Source of the DNA: a virus
Lineage: Duplodnaviria; Caudoviricetes
Length of the DNA stretch: 64,000 nt
Reading direction: 5' to 3' (one strand)
Virus record (IMG/VR): IMGVR_UViG_3300037041_001875
Location: 1,600-65,599 of that record
The notes under the pieces were generated by a model. The model made no database searches. It had not been told where the DNA came from and saw nothing but the letters and a program-made list of their open reading frames with translations. How positions within the stretch are numbered: position 1 is the first letter of the stretch; the number at the start of each line of letters is the position of its first letter. Shown here one piece after another: positions 17,843 to 27,788 of the stretch. The translations under genes and the position numbers were made by a program.

Positions 17843-20353
17843 TTATTTTGGAACGTGGAGATCGAGGTGGTTGAAGCCTATTTTGCCTTCGACCTCAAAG
17901 GGCATGCAGTACGTTTTGCCGGTGATAGGCGAGGCCAGCTTCTTCGAGCAGCGTAACGAGTTCATGCAATCCTCGAGGGCTTGCTGAGCATAGTCGATGG
18001 TGACCTCGGCGCGGAGGTCATCATGAATCTGCATAATTGGCCAAACTCTTGTATGATAGTCGCCTTTCTCTTCCAATAGGCGTAACCATCTAATGGTAGC
18101 CGCATCTACAATATCTCCCGCGCCGCCTTGAACTGGGTGGTTCGTGGCCTCGGTGTCAGGCACTCCGCCCAATGGCCAGCGGCGTCGACGGCCGAGCCAT
18201 GGCGTTCGGAGCTCGAAGGTTCGGTTGGCAATTTCAGTGACGTAAGCAGAATACTCGTTGACATTTTTGTATTTTGCCCGTTTGCGGGCCTGCATGGTCT
18301 GAACTTCTTGGAACGTGATCCCTGGAACATCCTCGCGCACATTCTCAAATAAGGTCTGCGGACCAGCTCGGTAAATGTCACCGAAGGTCACGGGCTTCGA
18401 GTTCGTCCTCAAGAGCTTGCGCTGGTCCGTGCTCGCTCGATTCCAAATCTCCCCGAAGTAGACCTCGGCGAACATAGAGTGCACGTCGGTCCCGTTGATG
18501 AAGGCCTCAATGAGATCCTCTTGGCCCGCGAGCAACACCGATATGCGCAGCTCGAGCGCCGCGAAGTCCACTGAGATGATGCAGCGCCCCGGAGCGGGCA
18601 CGAGCATACGTCGCATGGACCTCGGCCAGTTCTGCACAGCAGGCTTTGTGCCGAAGCGTCCCGAAGGCGTCGCGGTCTTGTTCCAGCGCGTGTGAATGCG
18701 CCCATCTTTGCCGACCTCCTGACCCAAACCGTCGATGTACGTCGAGAACAATTTCGTCTTGGTTCGGTAGGCCTGCAAGAGCTCGACGAACGGGTGATCT
18801 CTAAACTCAAAAAGGCTCGCGGCATCGGTCGAAAGCTGTCCGCTCTTCGTGACCTTCTTGGGTATCAAATTGAACTGGTCGACGAGCACCTTTTGAAGCT
18901 GCGGGGGGCTGTTCGGATTGAAATCTCGACTCCCCACGAGAGACCATATATTCTCTTTTAGGCATGCAATACTCTCACTGAATTCCTTATGCAGCACAAG
19001 GCGCGCAGCTTCGTCGACTCCGAGGCCGACCTTCTCCCAATCCATGGCGTAGCGCGTGATAATCCGATCCGTCTCGTACACGTTCAGAACGTTCTCACGA
19101 CGCATCTCTTGGCGCAATTTGTCATGCAGTAGAATCGTGTTCGCGGTGTCTGCACCGTTGTAGTAGAGCAGCGCGGGGATGTCCTCGTCGCTCACGTTTA
19201 TGAACCGCTTATCGTAGTATTCCTTCCAGGGCTCGACCGGGAAAAATTGGGTCGCCACAGCTTGCAAATCGTGGGGCGTCTTTGGGTAGATCGCATGGTG
19301 CTCAAGGAGAGTGTCTTCGATCTTCCCGGCGATCTTGATCTGCATCATTCGCTCGATGATCGGGACGTCAAAAGCCATGTTATGGAAGACCCACGTTCTC
19401 TCTGGATCTTGGAAAGCCGCTTTAAGAGCTCTCCAAGAGGAATGCCAGTCTTCCGTGGTGAAATACGAACGCAACCCTGGGCATGGAATAGCCACGGCGA
19501 AAGGCTTCTCTTCGCCTGTCTCGTCATCATAGATGAGACGCGCCAAACCTACCGTCGTGATCCCGCATTCGCGCACGTCTAGGCCATCGGTCTCGAGGTC
19601 CACGGCCACAGGTTCCGAAGGCGACTCGAGCACTCGTTGAACAGCTTCGAAGGTGAAAGCCTCGACCACGGGCTGGCGCAACGCGATCTTCTCGTTGGCC
19701 AAGAGGTGTGCCTTCTCGACGTCAGCAATGAATAGATCCAACCATACGTGCCTTGCCGGCGAGCGCAGCATAGCTGCGGGATGGATGGTCGACACCACAA
19801 GCGTTCGCCATTCCTCTTCAGCAAAGGCCTCGGGCCGCAGTTGCGGCTCCACTATCTTCGGGTCAAAGTCAACAGGAAACTGAGCAGTCTCGGGCGCCAA
19901 TACCTCGAGGGGATACTTGATACTAAAGTCTTGCCAAGTAGTAGCTCCTCGAAACTTCTCGACGCCTTTGAGGCCGGTCGTCGACTGCAATGCAATGCCC
20001 CCCAAGGTCAAGATCGCCCGTGGCTTGATCTCGACAATGTTGGCCTCGAGCTCCCCCTGGCAACACTCCCGAGCAATCTTCATTGCGGCATCCGATGGTT
20101 TGGTCCCGCCGCTGAAGTTGCACCGAATAGCATTCGTGATATGGGTCGCCTCGATTGACGTGTGCAGATAGTCCAGGACCGTCTTCAAGATGTGTCCCGA
20201 GGCCCCCACGAACGGAACTCCCCGCTTGACCTCTTCGCGGCCCGGGCTCTCCCCGATGACCATCAAGTTGTTCCACGCGACGAGGGGGTGTTTGTCCATG
20301 ACTTCCAATCCATTCTCGAAGAATGGGCAGGTAATCTGATTACATGGCTTCAT
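17843..20353 (-). CDS. polA: Family A DNA polymerase with N-terminal family-4 UDG-like domain and 3'-5' exonuclease
   Basis: GESPG..E...G.PFVG.SG and HPAA (UDG); DLET, HN..FD, YN..D (exo); DFAALELR, KPVTFG.IY, QIHDD (pol). Confidence 0.93.
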   Translation of the reverse strand: MKPCNQITCPFFENGLEVMDKHPLVAWNNLMVIGESPGREEVKRGVPFVGASGHILKTVLDYLHTSIEATHITNAIRCNFSGGTKPSDAAMKIARECCQGELEANIVEIKPRAILTLGGIALQSTTGLKGVEKFRGATTWQDFSIKYPLEVLAPETAQFPVDFDPKIVEPQLRPEAFAEEEWRTLVVSTIHPAAMLRSPARHVWLDLFIADVEKAHLLANEKIALRQPVVEAFTFEAVQRVLESPSEPVAVDLETDGLDVRECGITTVGLARLIYDDETGEEKPFAVAIPCPGLRSYFTTEDWHSSWRALKAAFQDPERTWVFHNMAFDVPIIERMMQIKIAGKIEDTLLEHHAIYPKTPHDLQAVATQFFPVEPWKEYYDKRFINVSDEDIPALLYYNGADTANTILLHDKLRQEMRRENVLNVYETDRIITRYAMDWEKVGLGVDEAARLVLHKEFSESIACLKENIWSLVGSRDFNPNSPPQLQKVLVDQFNLIPKKVTKSGQLSTDAASLFEFRDHPFVELLQAYRTKTKLFSTYIDGLGQEVGKDGRIHTRWNKTATPSGRFGTKPAVQNWPRSMRRMLVPAPGRCIISVDFAALELRISVLLAGQEDLIEAFINGTDVHSMFAEVYFGEIWNRASTDQRKLLRTNSKPVTFGDIYRAGPQTLFENVREDVPGITFQEVQTMQARKRAKYKNVNEYSAYVTEIANRTFELRTPWLGRRRRWPLGGVPDTEATNHPVQGGAGDIVDAATIRWLRLLEEKGDYHTRVWPIMQIHDDLRAEVTIDYAQQALEDCMNSLRCSKKLASPITGKTYCMPFEVEGKIGFNHLDLHVPK

Positions 20354-20403
20354 TGTGGTACTCCCTTGGGGGGTGAGTGACTAGAAAACTGTATAAAAAC
20401 GAG

Positions 20404-20496
20404 TGGCACGAGCAGGATTCGAACCTTCCACGGCGACGTAACAACCGAGGAGAAGAGAGACAGTCCGTTTACTTCGCCGCATCACCAGATCGTGCC
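20404..20496 (-). ncRNA. tRNA-like RNA: acceptor stem and T-arm, no D stem, elongated central stem
   Basis: GGCACGA/TCGTGCC-A acceptor; GAAGG-TTCGAAT-CCTGC T-arm; CGGCGA/TCGCCG stem. Confidence 0.5.
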
Positions 20497-20704
20497 AGAA
20501 GGAGCCCTAACGTTGCAGGTGTGTTGGGCAACCGGCGCATCTTTTTGAGTAGATACTGCCTGCAACGTGAGGGACTCCATAAAATTGCCAGTGACCAATT
20601 TAAAGTCCAGCAAACTGGCAACCTGGACACCGGAAGGAATAAGGGCAGATCTTCCTTCCAAGGCTCGAGTTAGGGGTGTGACGTCCGCCCGAGCCAGTCT
20701 CGCC

Positions 20705-21289
20705 TTAACGCCCTCGCCGCATGACTGTGGGCGGTGTAGCCGGTCGTGGTTGCGGTGTCGCCATGGGTGGAGCCACAGCTTGGGCCACAGCTTGGGCCAC
20801 AACTTGGGCCGCGACTGCTGGGGCCTCTACGGCCGCAACAGGGAACTCCCCTGCGGTAGCGTGCGAAATGGGAATGATATTCGAGAGGTTGACTTTTGGG
20901 TTCCCATCTGCTCCGGTCTTGATCTTCACGTCCGCCGCGAAGGTGGTGTCGATGAGGTTCTGTGTGTCGGCGTCCTCGCCGGCCTCGAGCAGGTCATAGC
21001 GCCCCCACGCCTTGAGGTAACCGACCGTCTGCTCAATGGGCCTGCCCCACTTGCCAGGCTTATCGGATAGCCCCAAGTATTGGCTGTGGACCTTCGTGCC
21101 GGGGTCATCGCCGCTGATTTGCACACACTTGGCGGTGATGTAGCGCTCGCCGACATGCTCCCCCTGGGAGTTGACGCCCTCGGTGATCCCTGTGATTTGG
21201 AACTCCTGCCGACCTGGGTCTGGCGGAACCCATCCAGCTCCAGGGGTTTTGCCTTCGAACTCGTTCATGTTGATTCCAAAAACGCCCAT
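20705..21289 (-). CDS. Putative ssDNA-binding protein (DUF669-like)
   Basis: Position next to AAA_24/Cas4-like genes; beta-rich core, A/P-rich tail with a 12-bp tandem repeat. Confidence 0.55.
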   Translation of the reverse strand: MGVFGINMNEFEGKTPGAGWVPPDPGRQEFQITGITEGVNSQGEHVGERYITAKCVQISGDDPGTKVHSQYLGLSDKPGKWGRPIEQTVGYLKAWGRYDLLEAGEDADTQNLIDTTFAADVKIKTGADGNPKVNLSNIIPISHATAGEFPVAAVEAPAVAAQVVAQAVAQAVAPPMATPQPRPATPPTVMRRGR

Positions 21290-21374
21290 TTGTGTCTCTC
21301 CTTGTCAGTGATTGGTTTAGATTCGATCCTTCTGGCATAGCCAGCATTCGAGTGTCAACCAAAAAATACACCCG

Positions 21375-21977
21375 TTAGGATTTTCGCAAACTGTTCAGAA
21401 TACTAAAAGTTATTTTTGCTGTAGCACGAGCATCCTCTAAAGCATCGTGAGCATGCGACAGTTCAATTTTCATATTTTTTGCCGTTGTTTCCAGCTTGTA
21501 ATCTAGCGGCTCTATATTATGAACTGCAAAGTACAACATAACGAATTGCATCGTGTCCCATACGCGCATATCCATCGGCAAGAATATATTCACAAACCGG
21601 CATACGTTTAGAATGAATGGGTGGTCAAACTTCGCCGCGTTATAGCCACAACCTTGCACGACGTAATAACTTTTCCCCGATTTGGCTATACGTTTTTGAT
21701 CCGTGAACCGGCCGACCCATCCAGCAAACCTTTGCAGGGCCATAGCACTATGAACGCCTTCCAGGCCCCATATTTCTGGGTCGTAACAGTTATTAAAACC
21801 CGATTCTTTCATCTTAATTAACGATTGGACACCCTTTTCAGTGGGTAAAAGCTTGACTTCAAAACTAGAAATCTCTTTTCCTGTAATACTATCCATACAA
21901 ATAGCGCCTATTTGTATGATTTCATCTTTGGAAACGTCTACACCCGTCGTTTCAAGGTCAAAAATTACTACGTTCAT
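21375..21977 (-). CDS. DEDDh 3'-5' exonuclease (DnaQ-like)
   Basis: FDLETTG, YNAAKFD, HAHDALED. Confidence 0.92.
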   Translation of the reverse strand: MNVVIFDLETTGVDVSKDEIIQIGAICMDSITGKEISSFEVKLLPTEKGVQSLIKMKESGFNNCYDPEIWGLEGVHSAMALQRFAGWVGRFTDQKRIAKSGKSYYVVQGCGYNAAKFDHPFILNVCRFVNIFLPMDMRVWDTMQFVMLYFAVHNIEPLDYKLETTAKNMKIELSHAHDALEDARATAKITFSILNSLRKS

Positions 21978-22700
21978 TTATCTGCCCTCAATTTTGGCGC
22001 AGGATTCGAGGCCCAATATTTCTGCGAAGTCGTCGTAATGAGGCGACGGCCCTATACGGGCGAATCCAGCATTGTTTGCGTGAGCTCGAGCGAGGCGCAT
22101 GCGCGCTGGCCACGTGCCAAATTTGCGCCCGTGGACGTACCATTCGAGGCCCTTAGTTCCCATGTCCTTCACGTCACTGTACAATAGCAGGTCTGCGTTA
22201 CCTGGAAAGAAATTCTTGGAGTCGCCCTTGAGAGTGAAGGTGCGCTCCTTGTCCGAATGGCAAATCCAAATTGAATGAATCGGCCATTTTTTGATGGTTG
22301 TCATAAGATGCACGAAGAAGCTCGTAAATTTGCCCCAGTGCTCCCACTCGAGTTTGTTGACCTTGAACTCCTTCTTAATCTCGTCTTCGAATAGGAGCTG
22401 TGTTATCGTTAGGTTGTCCAACACGAGAGTCTTACAAGCCAGCTCGCCGCTCTCAATGGCTTTGCCGAGCGCTTCGAGTTGCACTTTCAAGTCTTCCATG
22501 CTCTTGAAAAAGACCACGGGCAGATTGAAGTCAGCCAAGGTCCGCATTTCTCCCCGAGCAATGGTAGGCACCAGGAACACCGGATAGGGCCATGTCCCAG
22601 CGAAGTGCGTCTTACCGGCGCCATTCTCACCGTACAATAGAACGTTGTACGTTGCATCTGATAGCAGATCCGACGTGCTGGACAATCGCAAATTACCCAT
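21978..22700 (-). CDS. AAA_24 / Sak4-like ATPase
   Basis: LLYGENGAGKT Walker A, LVLDNLT Walker B, WICH. Confidence 0.85.
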   Translation of the reverse strand: MGNLRLSSTSDLLSDATYNVLLYGENGAGKTHFAGTWPYPVFLVPTIARGEMRTLADFNLPVVFFKSMEDLKVQLEALGKAIESGELACKTLVLDNLTITQLLFEDEIKKEFKVNKLEWEHWGKFTSFFVHLMTTIKKWPIHSIWICHSDKERTFTLKGDSKNFFPGNADLLLYSDVKDMGTKGLEWYVHGRKFGTWPARMRLARAHANNAGFARIGPSPHYDDFAEILGLESCAKIEGR

Positions 22701-23596
22701 TAAAATTCGCTCCGATCCTTCTTACGCAAGCCGTCCATCGAGTCTCTAAGGCACATGCCCATGTATTCGCACGTCCGGTTCCACATGACGCAATTGTGCA
22801 TGCGCTGTGGCCACTTCCCGAAGTGGAAACACTCTTCCAATTCCCAGGAAATTTTCTTCATGGATCTTTCCCAGGCTTTGAGCATCTCGTCAGGAATGAC
22901 CACCTCTTCTTGGTAAATCATGACCTCGCGTTCATGCTTTACGATCTGGTCAACCATGAAGGCTCGCAAGTCACCACGATCACACTTTTTCCAAAGCCAA
23001 ACTTGCCCCAGAAATTGGGGGTTCAGCTTGTAGCTGTCAAGCAGTACGGTAGACCTTCTCGCCGCGGTCTTGTGCTCGCAGATGGTCGGCCGGCCCTGGA
23101 CTTGGATGACCGCGTCTAGGCGTGCCGAGTAATGGAAGGGCTTCTTCACCTCGAGCGCGAGCTCGACGTGCAAAATGTCTGACTCCTGTATCTTGAGCAC
23201 GCCCCCCGGACCCCAAAAGCGCGCCCATGCCGATAACAGTCGACGTGCCTCGTTGGCAGTCACGGGCGCCACGGTAGAAGCCAGGTCGACGACATACCAG
23301 AGCGAAGCCCAGAAGGCCTCGTCACCATCCTGCCACGCGAGCAGCGCTTGGGCAATGGCCTCGTGAACCAGTCCGCCGAGTTCGAGTGCAGGAAAGAGCT
23401 CGACCGTGGTCAATCGCTTCACGAACTGATAGAAATACCTCTTCGGGCAGCGAACGAACTCGGCCCACTTGGAATTTCCCATGAGCGAAGGCCCACCGGC
23501 CAAATCTTCTTTTCGAAAAGCAGTTTGCCAGCTCGGCTCTTGCGCGAGCAGGCCACCTTTGACGTCAACGCCTGAAAAGTCTACTCCAAATTTCAC
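22700..23596 (-). CDS. Cas4/RecB-like PD-(D/E)XK exonuclease (likely GTG start 23596)
   Basis: CPKRY, G.LVH, RLD...EHKT, Q...Y-type motif, C-terminal C...CEY...C. Confidence 0.85.
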   Translation of the reverse strand: MKFGVDFSGVDVKGGLLAQEPSWQTAFRKEDLAGGPSLMGNSKWAEFVRCPKRYFYQFVKRLTTVELFPALELGGLVHEAIAQALLAWQDGDEAFWASLWYVVDLASTVAPVTANEARRLLSAWARFWGPGGVLKIQESDILHVELALEVKKPFHYSARLDAVIQVQGRPTICEHKTAARRSTVLLDSYKLNPQFLGQVWLWKKCDRGDLRAFMVDQIVKHEREVMIYQEEVVIPDEMLKAWERSMKKISWELEECFHFGKWPQRMHNCVMWNRTCEYMGMCLRDSMDGLRKKDRSEF

Positions 23597-23979
23597 TATG
23601 CCCTCGGCCCGTTTCCTGCCGGAACGCTCACTATGAGCGGCTGATCCTTTTGTCCCTCGTGTGTGTGTGTCCACGCGGCCTCGACACCCATGCGAACAGT
23701 TGTGGCTAAGAGATCACCGATAGCCTGCAACTGGGCTTGGAGCTCTTCCCGTGTCTCGACGGTCTGCACAACGGCCGCGGCGACAAAGCGAGCAGCAGCG
23801 TAGCCCAAAGCGACCAAACCATGCAACGTCGGCATCTCGCCGCCAAATGCTTTAATCAGTTCAGTCGTCGCGGTCATCGAAAATTGATTTAGGCCAATAG
23901 CAGAAGGAACACCATTCTCGGGCGTTTTCGCCATCAAATACCTAGTAGCTTCAGCCACCACTTGCTTTGTGCTAGTCAC
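23596..23979 (-). CDS. Hypothetical protein
   Basis: Packed in operon. Confidence 0.55.
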   Translation of the reverse strand: MTSTKQVVAEATRYLMAKTPENGVPSAIGLNQFSMTATTELIKAFGGEMPTLHGLVALGYAAARFVAAAVVQTVETREELQAQLQAIGDLLATTVRMGVEAAWTHTHEGQKDQPLIVSVPAGNGPRA

Positions 23980-24352
23980 TTAGCATCTCCCTTTCGTTGT
24001 TAAATGCGATGTAAACGAATTTACCAATTTTCTTTCGGCACTCTTTACAGCAATCCGACAAATCCGCCAGTGACCTTCCAATATTTATCGTGACCGATCC
24101 ATACCATCGGGCGAAAGCGAGGCACTCCGCTGCGCTCAGGGGGCTATCGAGCTTTCCGCCTCTTGCCATGATCTCGTCCTCGAGCTCCTTATGCCGTGCG
24201 TAAATACTTGAAATGTCTATTACTTGCTGCAACAGGTACTTTCGAATATCTCTTCCCTTGCGGAGATTTGCCACGAGCCGATGGATTTCGCAATGCTCCC
24301 GACACAGATGCCGAGTACACATGATCCTTGGATTGGCCATCCACATACGCAT
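23972..24352 (-). CDS. Pyrimidine-dimer DNA glycosylase / T4 endonuclease V-like
   Basis: MRMWMANP..MC..HL..EH.EIH, RHKEL..E...RG. Confidence 0.78.
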   Translation of the reverse strand: MRMWMANPRIMCTRHLCREHCEIHRLVANLRKGRDIRKYLLQQVIDISSIYARHKELEDEIMARGGKLDSPLSAAECLAFARWYGSVTINIGRSLADLSDCCKECRKKIGKFVYIAFNNEREMLSD

Positions 24353-24381
24353 CTCTACACCTCCCCAAGACACCGAAGGTG

Positions 24382-24852
24382 TCATGTTGGCGTCACCGTT
24401 ATGTTTGGGTCTTCATAGAGCAGTCTTCTTGAGAGCTCCTCGACGACCTTCTCGTGCATCTCGTTTGCTTCCAAGTCTGTCTCGCGCTCGCATTCTGGGA
24501 GCTTCCAAGGGCTTTTAAACCTAACAGGTTTTGTAACGTCAATCTCCCAATAAGGATCATCCCACAGGGCCATAAAAGCAGCAGTTTCATAGTAATGATC
24601 AACCCCAATTTTAATCGGTTCAGTACAACCAAATGGAGAATCAAAATCTATTTGGTTTCCCACGGTAGAAATTACTATACGTTTTTCTCCGTATTCTAAC
24701 AAGGTGTTTCGCCTAAAACCACATTTTGTAGCATTACAAAAATGCCCTGCCCAGCCTCGCTCAGTCCTTACAATTAAGCCTGGACGGTGTATTTCGTTGT
24801 CAGGTTTAGTGCCACAGTCAAAAAAGTAGTTAGGCATCTTCTTTGCCTTCAA
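24382..24852 (-). CDS. Phage hypothetical protein
   Basis: ERGWAGHF...C.FRRNTLLE; packed in operon. Confidence 0.7.
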   Translation of the reverse strand: MKAKKMPNYFFDCGTKPDNEIHRPGLIVRTERGWAGHFCNATKCGFRRNTLLEYGEKRIVISTVGNQIDFDSPFGCTEPIKIGVDHYYETAAFMALWDDPYWEIDVTKPVRFKSPWKLPECERETDLEANEMHEKVVEELSRRLLYEDPNITVTPT

Positions 24853-25099
24853 CCGCAGGCATTACCGGAACCCTACCCGTCAACGCGACGAATCTCACGT
24901 ACTTGTCGAGCTCCGCTTGCTTTGCGTTGAATGCAACGGCAATGAAGCCCATGTTCATGACAACGGTCATGAGCAATGTAGCCATGGGCCAGCCAATGGA
25001 GTCAAGATGGAAAACAGCATAGAACGCAAGACCCCCTAAGACGGCTTCCATGATGAGAAACGCTAAGAATTTCTTGCTCTTGTGCCATACCTTTTCCAT
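24830..25099 (-). CDS. Two-TM small membrane protein (holin-like candidate)
   Basis: SKKF followed by two hydrophobic helices; AGGAG RBS. Confidence 0.55.
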   Translation of the reverse strand: MEKVWHKSKKFLAFLIMEAVLGGLAFYAVFHLDSIGWPMATLLMTVVMNMGFIAVAFNAKQAELDKYVRFVALTGRVPVMPAVEGKEDA

Positions 25100-25106
25100 T
25101 TTGCTC

Positions 25107-25751
25107 CTATCGCACCCGTAGGTGTACTTTGTCTGTTACCAGTCTTGCAAACTGTATTGTCTTATCGCCCTCTTTCAATGCTACTAGTAATGCTCTTTTA
25201 TCCACTTCAAGCTTGACACGAAGGAACTTCGGAGGCCAGTCCAAATCAATCATGTTCGGTTTCTTCAATACCGAAAATGTAAATGGGTTTGTACCATCCC
25301 AAAGGTGTTCCATCCCTTCAAGAACACAAGAATTAATGAACTTTTCCTCGTTGTCCACGGCCACGCTATCAGGGCTCTTCTGCACTGCGGCCGTGAAATT
25401 TAACGTCTTGAGCTTGTCAATGCTAACCGTGATCATTGCTCCCAAGACGTAGTCTTCCAGGCGAGCTGCTTGATTTTTCAAGACCTTGGCTCGGTCGGCG
25501 AAGGTCTTTGACCTCTCGGCCCAGACCCCGGCTTGCGCCTCGGCTTCTCGAGCGACCCAAAGACACCGGTCGACCTTGTCGGCGAGGCTCGTCTCGCATG
25601 CGGTGAGCTCCTCTTCGAGCTCGGGCGTGACTTCGCCCTCGAGGTCGTCTATGGAGTGAAGCACCTTCCGCAGATCGTCTATGATTTCGGTTAAGGTTCG
25701 CTTCTTCGGTTTCGGTTGCTCGATGATTTCCACAGCTTCCATATTAAGCAC
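25107..25751 (-). CDS. Siphovirus Gp157-like protein
   Basis: Acidic N-terminus, coiled coil, KSPDSV, EVDKRALLVALKEG, terminal HLRVR. Confidence 0.78.
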   Translation of the reverse strand: MLNMEAVEIIEQPKPKKRTLTEIIDDLRKVLHSIDDLEGEVTPELEEELTACETSLADKVDRCLWVAREAEAQAGVWAERSKTFADRAKVLKNQAARLEDYVLGAMITVSIDKLKTLNFTAAVQKSPDSVAVDNEEKFINSCVLEGMEHLWDGTNPFTFSVLKKPNMIDLDWPPKFLRVKLEVDKRALLVALKEGDKTIQFARLVTDKVHLRVR

Positions 25752-26079
25752 CCTCTTTCTTTTGTTCTTCTATATCTAAGGCTGTTAATTCGTCGACACT
25801 TATCTCTTGTAGCATCGCTTGATTGTTAACGTAAATAACTCGATGGACACCATGAGCTATATCGTCCCTATAAGGAAATCTATCCAATGTTTCCATTCCA
25901 ATGAACATGACCGTGCTAGGGGCTTCTTCGAAGAAGAACCGCGAAGTATATTCGTCGCCCTCTTCCACGATGTGACGTATCGCCGATTCCGTGGCAATAA
26001 TGTCAGAAGAATCGTCTAGTAGGATATTGAAAGTCCTACGCTGAGCCTTACGCACCAGGATTCGTACAATTTTCTTCAT
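25744..26079 (-). CDS. Hypothetical protein
   Basis: Packed in operon. Confidence 0.55.
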   Translation of the reverse strand: MKKIVRILVRKAQRRTFNILLDDSSDIIATESAIRHIVEEGDEYTSRFFFEEAPSTVMFIGMETLDRFPYRDDIAHGVHRVIYVNNQAMLQEISVDELTALDIEEQKKEGA

Positions 26080-27688
26080 AGTCCGATCCCATTAACATAC
26101 GTTTCGCCGCCCTGGCAACAATTTCTTGCTCAGTCAAGTGAGAATTTTCGGAATCGAGCAGAAGCCGCATCTGAGCTAGAGATCCGTCTTCGCCAAGAGC
26201 GCCCTCGGACTCCTCTTGCTTCTGGGCGAGGGACAGCGCCATGGCCTCGTCCACGGTCCCAGGGACCACATAGTAGTCAGTCCACAGATCGGGGTAGAAC
26301 GAGCCGAAGCGATGGTGACGCTTCTCCGCTTGGATGAGATTCAACGGTGTCCAGTCGAGGTCCACGAACTGGGCAGCTCGAGCGTTTGACAGGGAGATGC
26401 CCGTGGACGCGGCCGCGACCGACGCTATCAGAGCTCGAGGCTCGCGCAGCTTGTCGGGCGAGCCCCACTCCTCGAGGATACGGGTGCGCTTGGCCGTGGG
26501 CGCGTCGCCGGTCATGACGTCGACCGGGACACCGAAGGCTTTGATGCGCTCTTCCAAGATCTTGGCGGTCTCTCGGAACCAGATCCACCAAACCACTCGA
26601 TGATGCGTGAGCTGAATATGCCCCACCGGGACGGCTCGAGCTTTTTCGGCCGAAATGTGTTGACGCAGTTCGTTGATGATGGTAAGGTGCGCGCCGCTCG
26701 GGGCAGACACACCATTCAATATTTCAGCCAGGGTCGGGAACTTTCTAGCGACGCGAAGCTCGTGAACGGTTCGATGGTGCACTGGGACCGGAATGTTCAT
26801 TTGCTCGCGGGTCCGTTTGTAGACGACCTCGGTGAGCCTCGAGGCAAGCTCGTCCACATTTGTTCGGCCTGTATCAATCATGCCGCCATAAGGGCTCGGC
26901 GACGCACCACAATATCGAGCTCGAAATTCGTTGCGTCCGCCAAAAGCTCTTCCGCAAGCTGCATCGAGCAACCCCCACAAGCTGACCATTCGGTTCCGCA
27001 TGGGTGTGGCCGTGATCAAGATGGTCCTGTCTCGAGGAATACCTCGAAAGGCTTGGCTCCAAGTCACGTACTTGTTGCTCACCGTGTGCGCCTCGTCGCA
27101 CAGCACTGCGCCCATGCGGTGTCGCGTGAAGTACCCCGCGAGACGGTCGGCCTGGGAATAGGGCAGGATGTAACAGTCGGTCTTGCCGGCCTTGAGCGAG
27201 GCCTTGAGATCTTCAGCGTTGACACAGACATGAAAGGTCCATCCGAGCCGGCGACACTCAGTGCGCCACACGTCGATGACACTCACTGGCACACCCACGA
27301 CAATGGGAAGGTCTACCGCAGCCGTGGCCGTCGCGGTCTTCCCGCCGCCGAGGTCCAGAGCCAAAATAGCTCCGTGGCGTTGGCGTAACCAAGCCACGGC
27401 TTCGATCTGGAAGGGACGCAACCACTCTCGGGATGCTAGTGGAATAGCGTGGTGGTCGTCGAGTTGCGCCCCCAAAGGGGAAAGCCCGGACAACACGGGC
27501 AGGTGGCTCCGATGGACATCGACTTTCAAGGACTCGGGTGGCACTGAGTTGAACCAGCCTTGGTGAGGGGAAGCCCCCATAACCCTTATCCCAGGAATAT
27601 TGGATAGACCCCTAGCGGTGCTAGCATAACGTTTGATTTCTTCAGTGTCAAGAGCCCACCAGTCGTTTCCGATCAATTTCATGCTCAC
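26048..27688 (-). CDS. SNF2-like SF2 helicase
   Basis: LRPFQ, DLGGGKT, DEAH, TATPMRN, TGISL, QAEKRHHRFG. Confidence 0.92.
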   Translation of the reverse strand: MSMKLIGNDWWALDTEEIKRYASTARGLSNIPGIRVMGASPHQGWFNSVPPESLKVDVHRSHLPVLSGLSPLGAQLDDHHAIPLASREWLRPFQIEAVAWLRQRHGAILALDLGGGKTATATAAVDLPIVVGVPVSVIDVWRTECRRLGWTFHVCVNAEDLKASLKAGKTDCYILPYSQADRLAGYFTRHRMGAVLCDEAHTVSNKYVTWSQAFRGIPRDRTILITATPMRNRMVSLWGLLDAACGRAFGGRNEFRARYCGASPSPYGGMIDTGRTNVDELASRLTEVVYKRTREQMNIPVPVHHRTVHELRVARKFPTLAEILNGVSAPSGAHLTIINELRQHISAEKARAVPVGHIQLTHHRVVWWIWFRETAKILEERIKAFGVPVDVMTGDAPTAKRTRILEEWGSPDKLREPRALIASVAAASTGISLSNARAAQFVDLDWTPLNLIQAEKRHHRFGSFYPDLWTDYYVVPGTVDEAMALSLAQKQEESEGALGEDGSLAQMRLLLDSENSHLTEQEIVARAAKRMLMGSDYEENCTNPGA

Positions 27689-27726
27689 ACCTCCACTAAA
27701 TGACCTCTAATTTCAAGGGGTACCCT

Positions 27727-27755
27727 GTTTTAATGGGGCTAGAAACATATGTCAA
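27727..27755 (-). promoter_or_regulatory. Sigma70-type promoter of the replication operon
   Basis: TTGACA-17 bp-TAAAAC on the minus strand. Confidence 0.55.
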
Positions 27756-27788
27756 CCAAAAAACTCCCTTGCGCCCCAAAGGGCGGCT

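Noticed and set aside
11523-20353. Z-genome (aminoadenine) pathway from HD hydrolase + PolA
   Set aside because: No PurZ/adenylosuccinate-synthetase homologue seen
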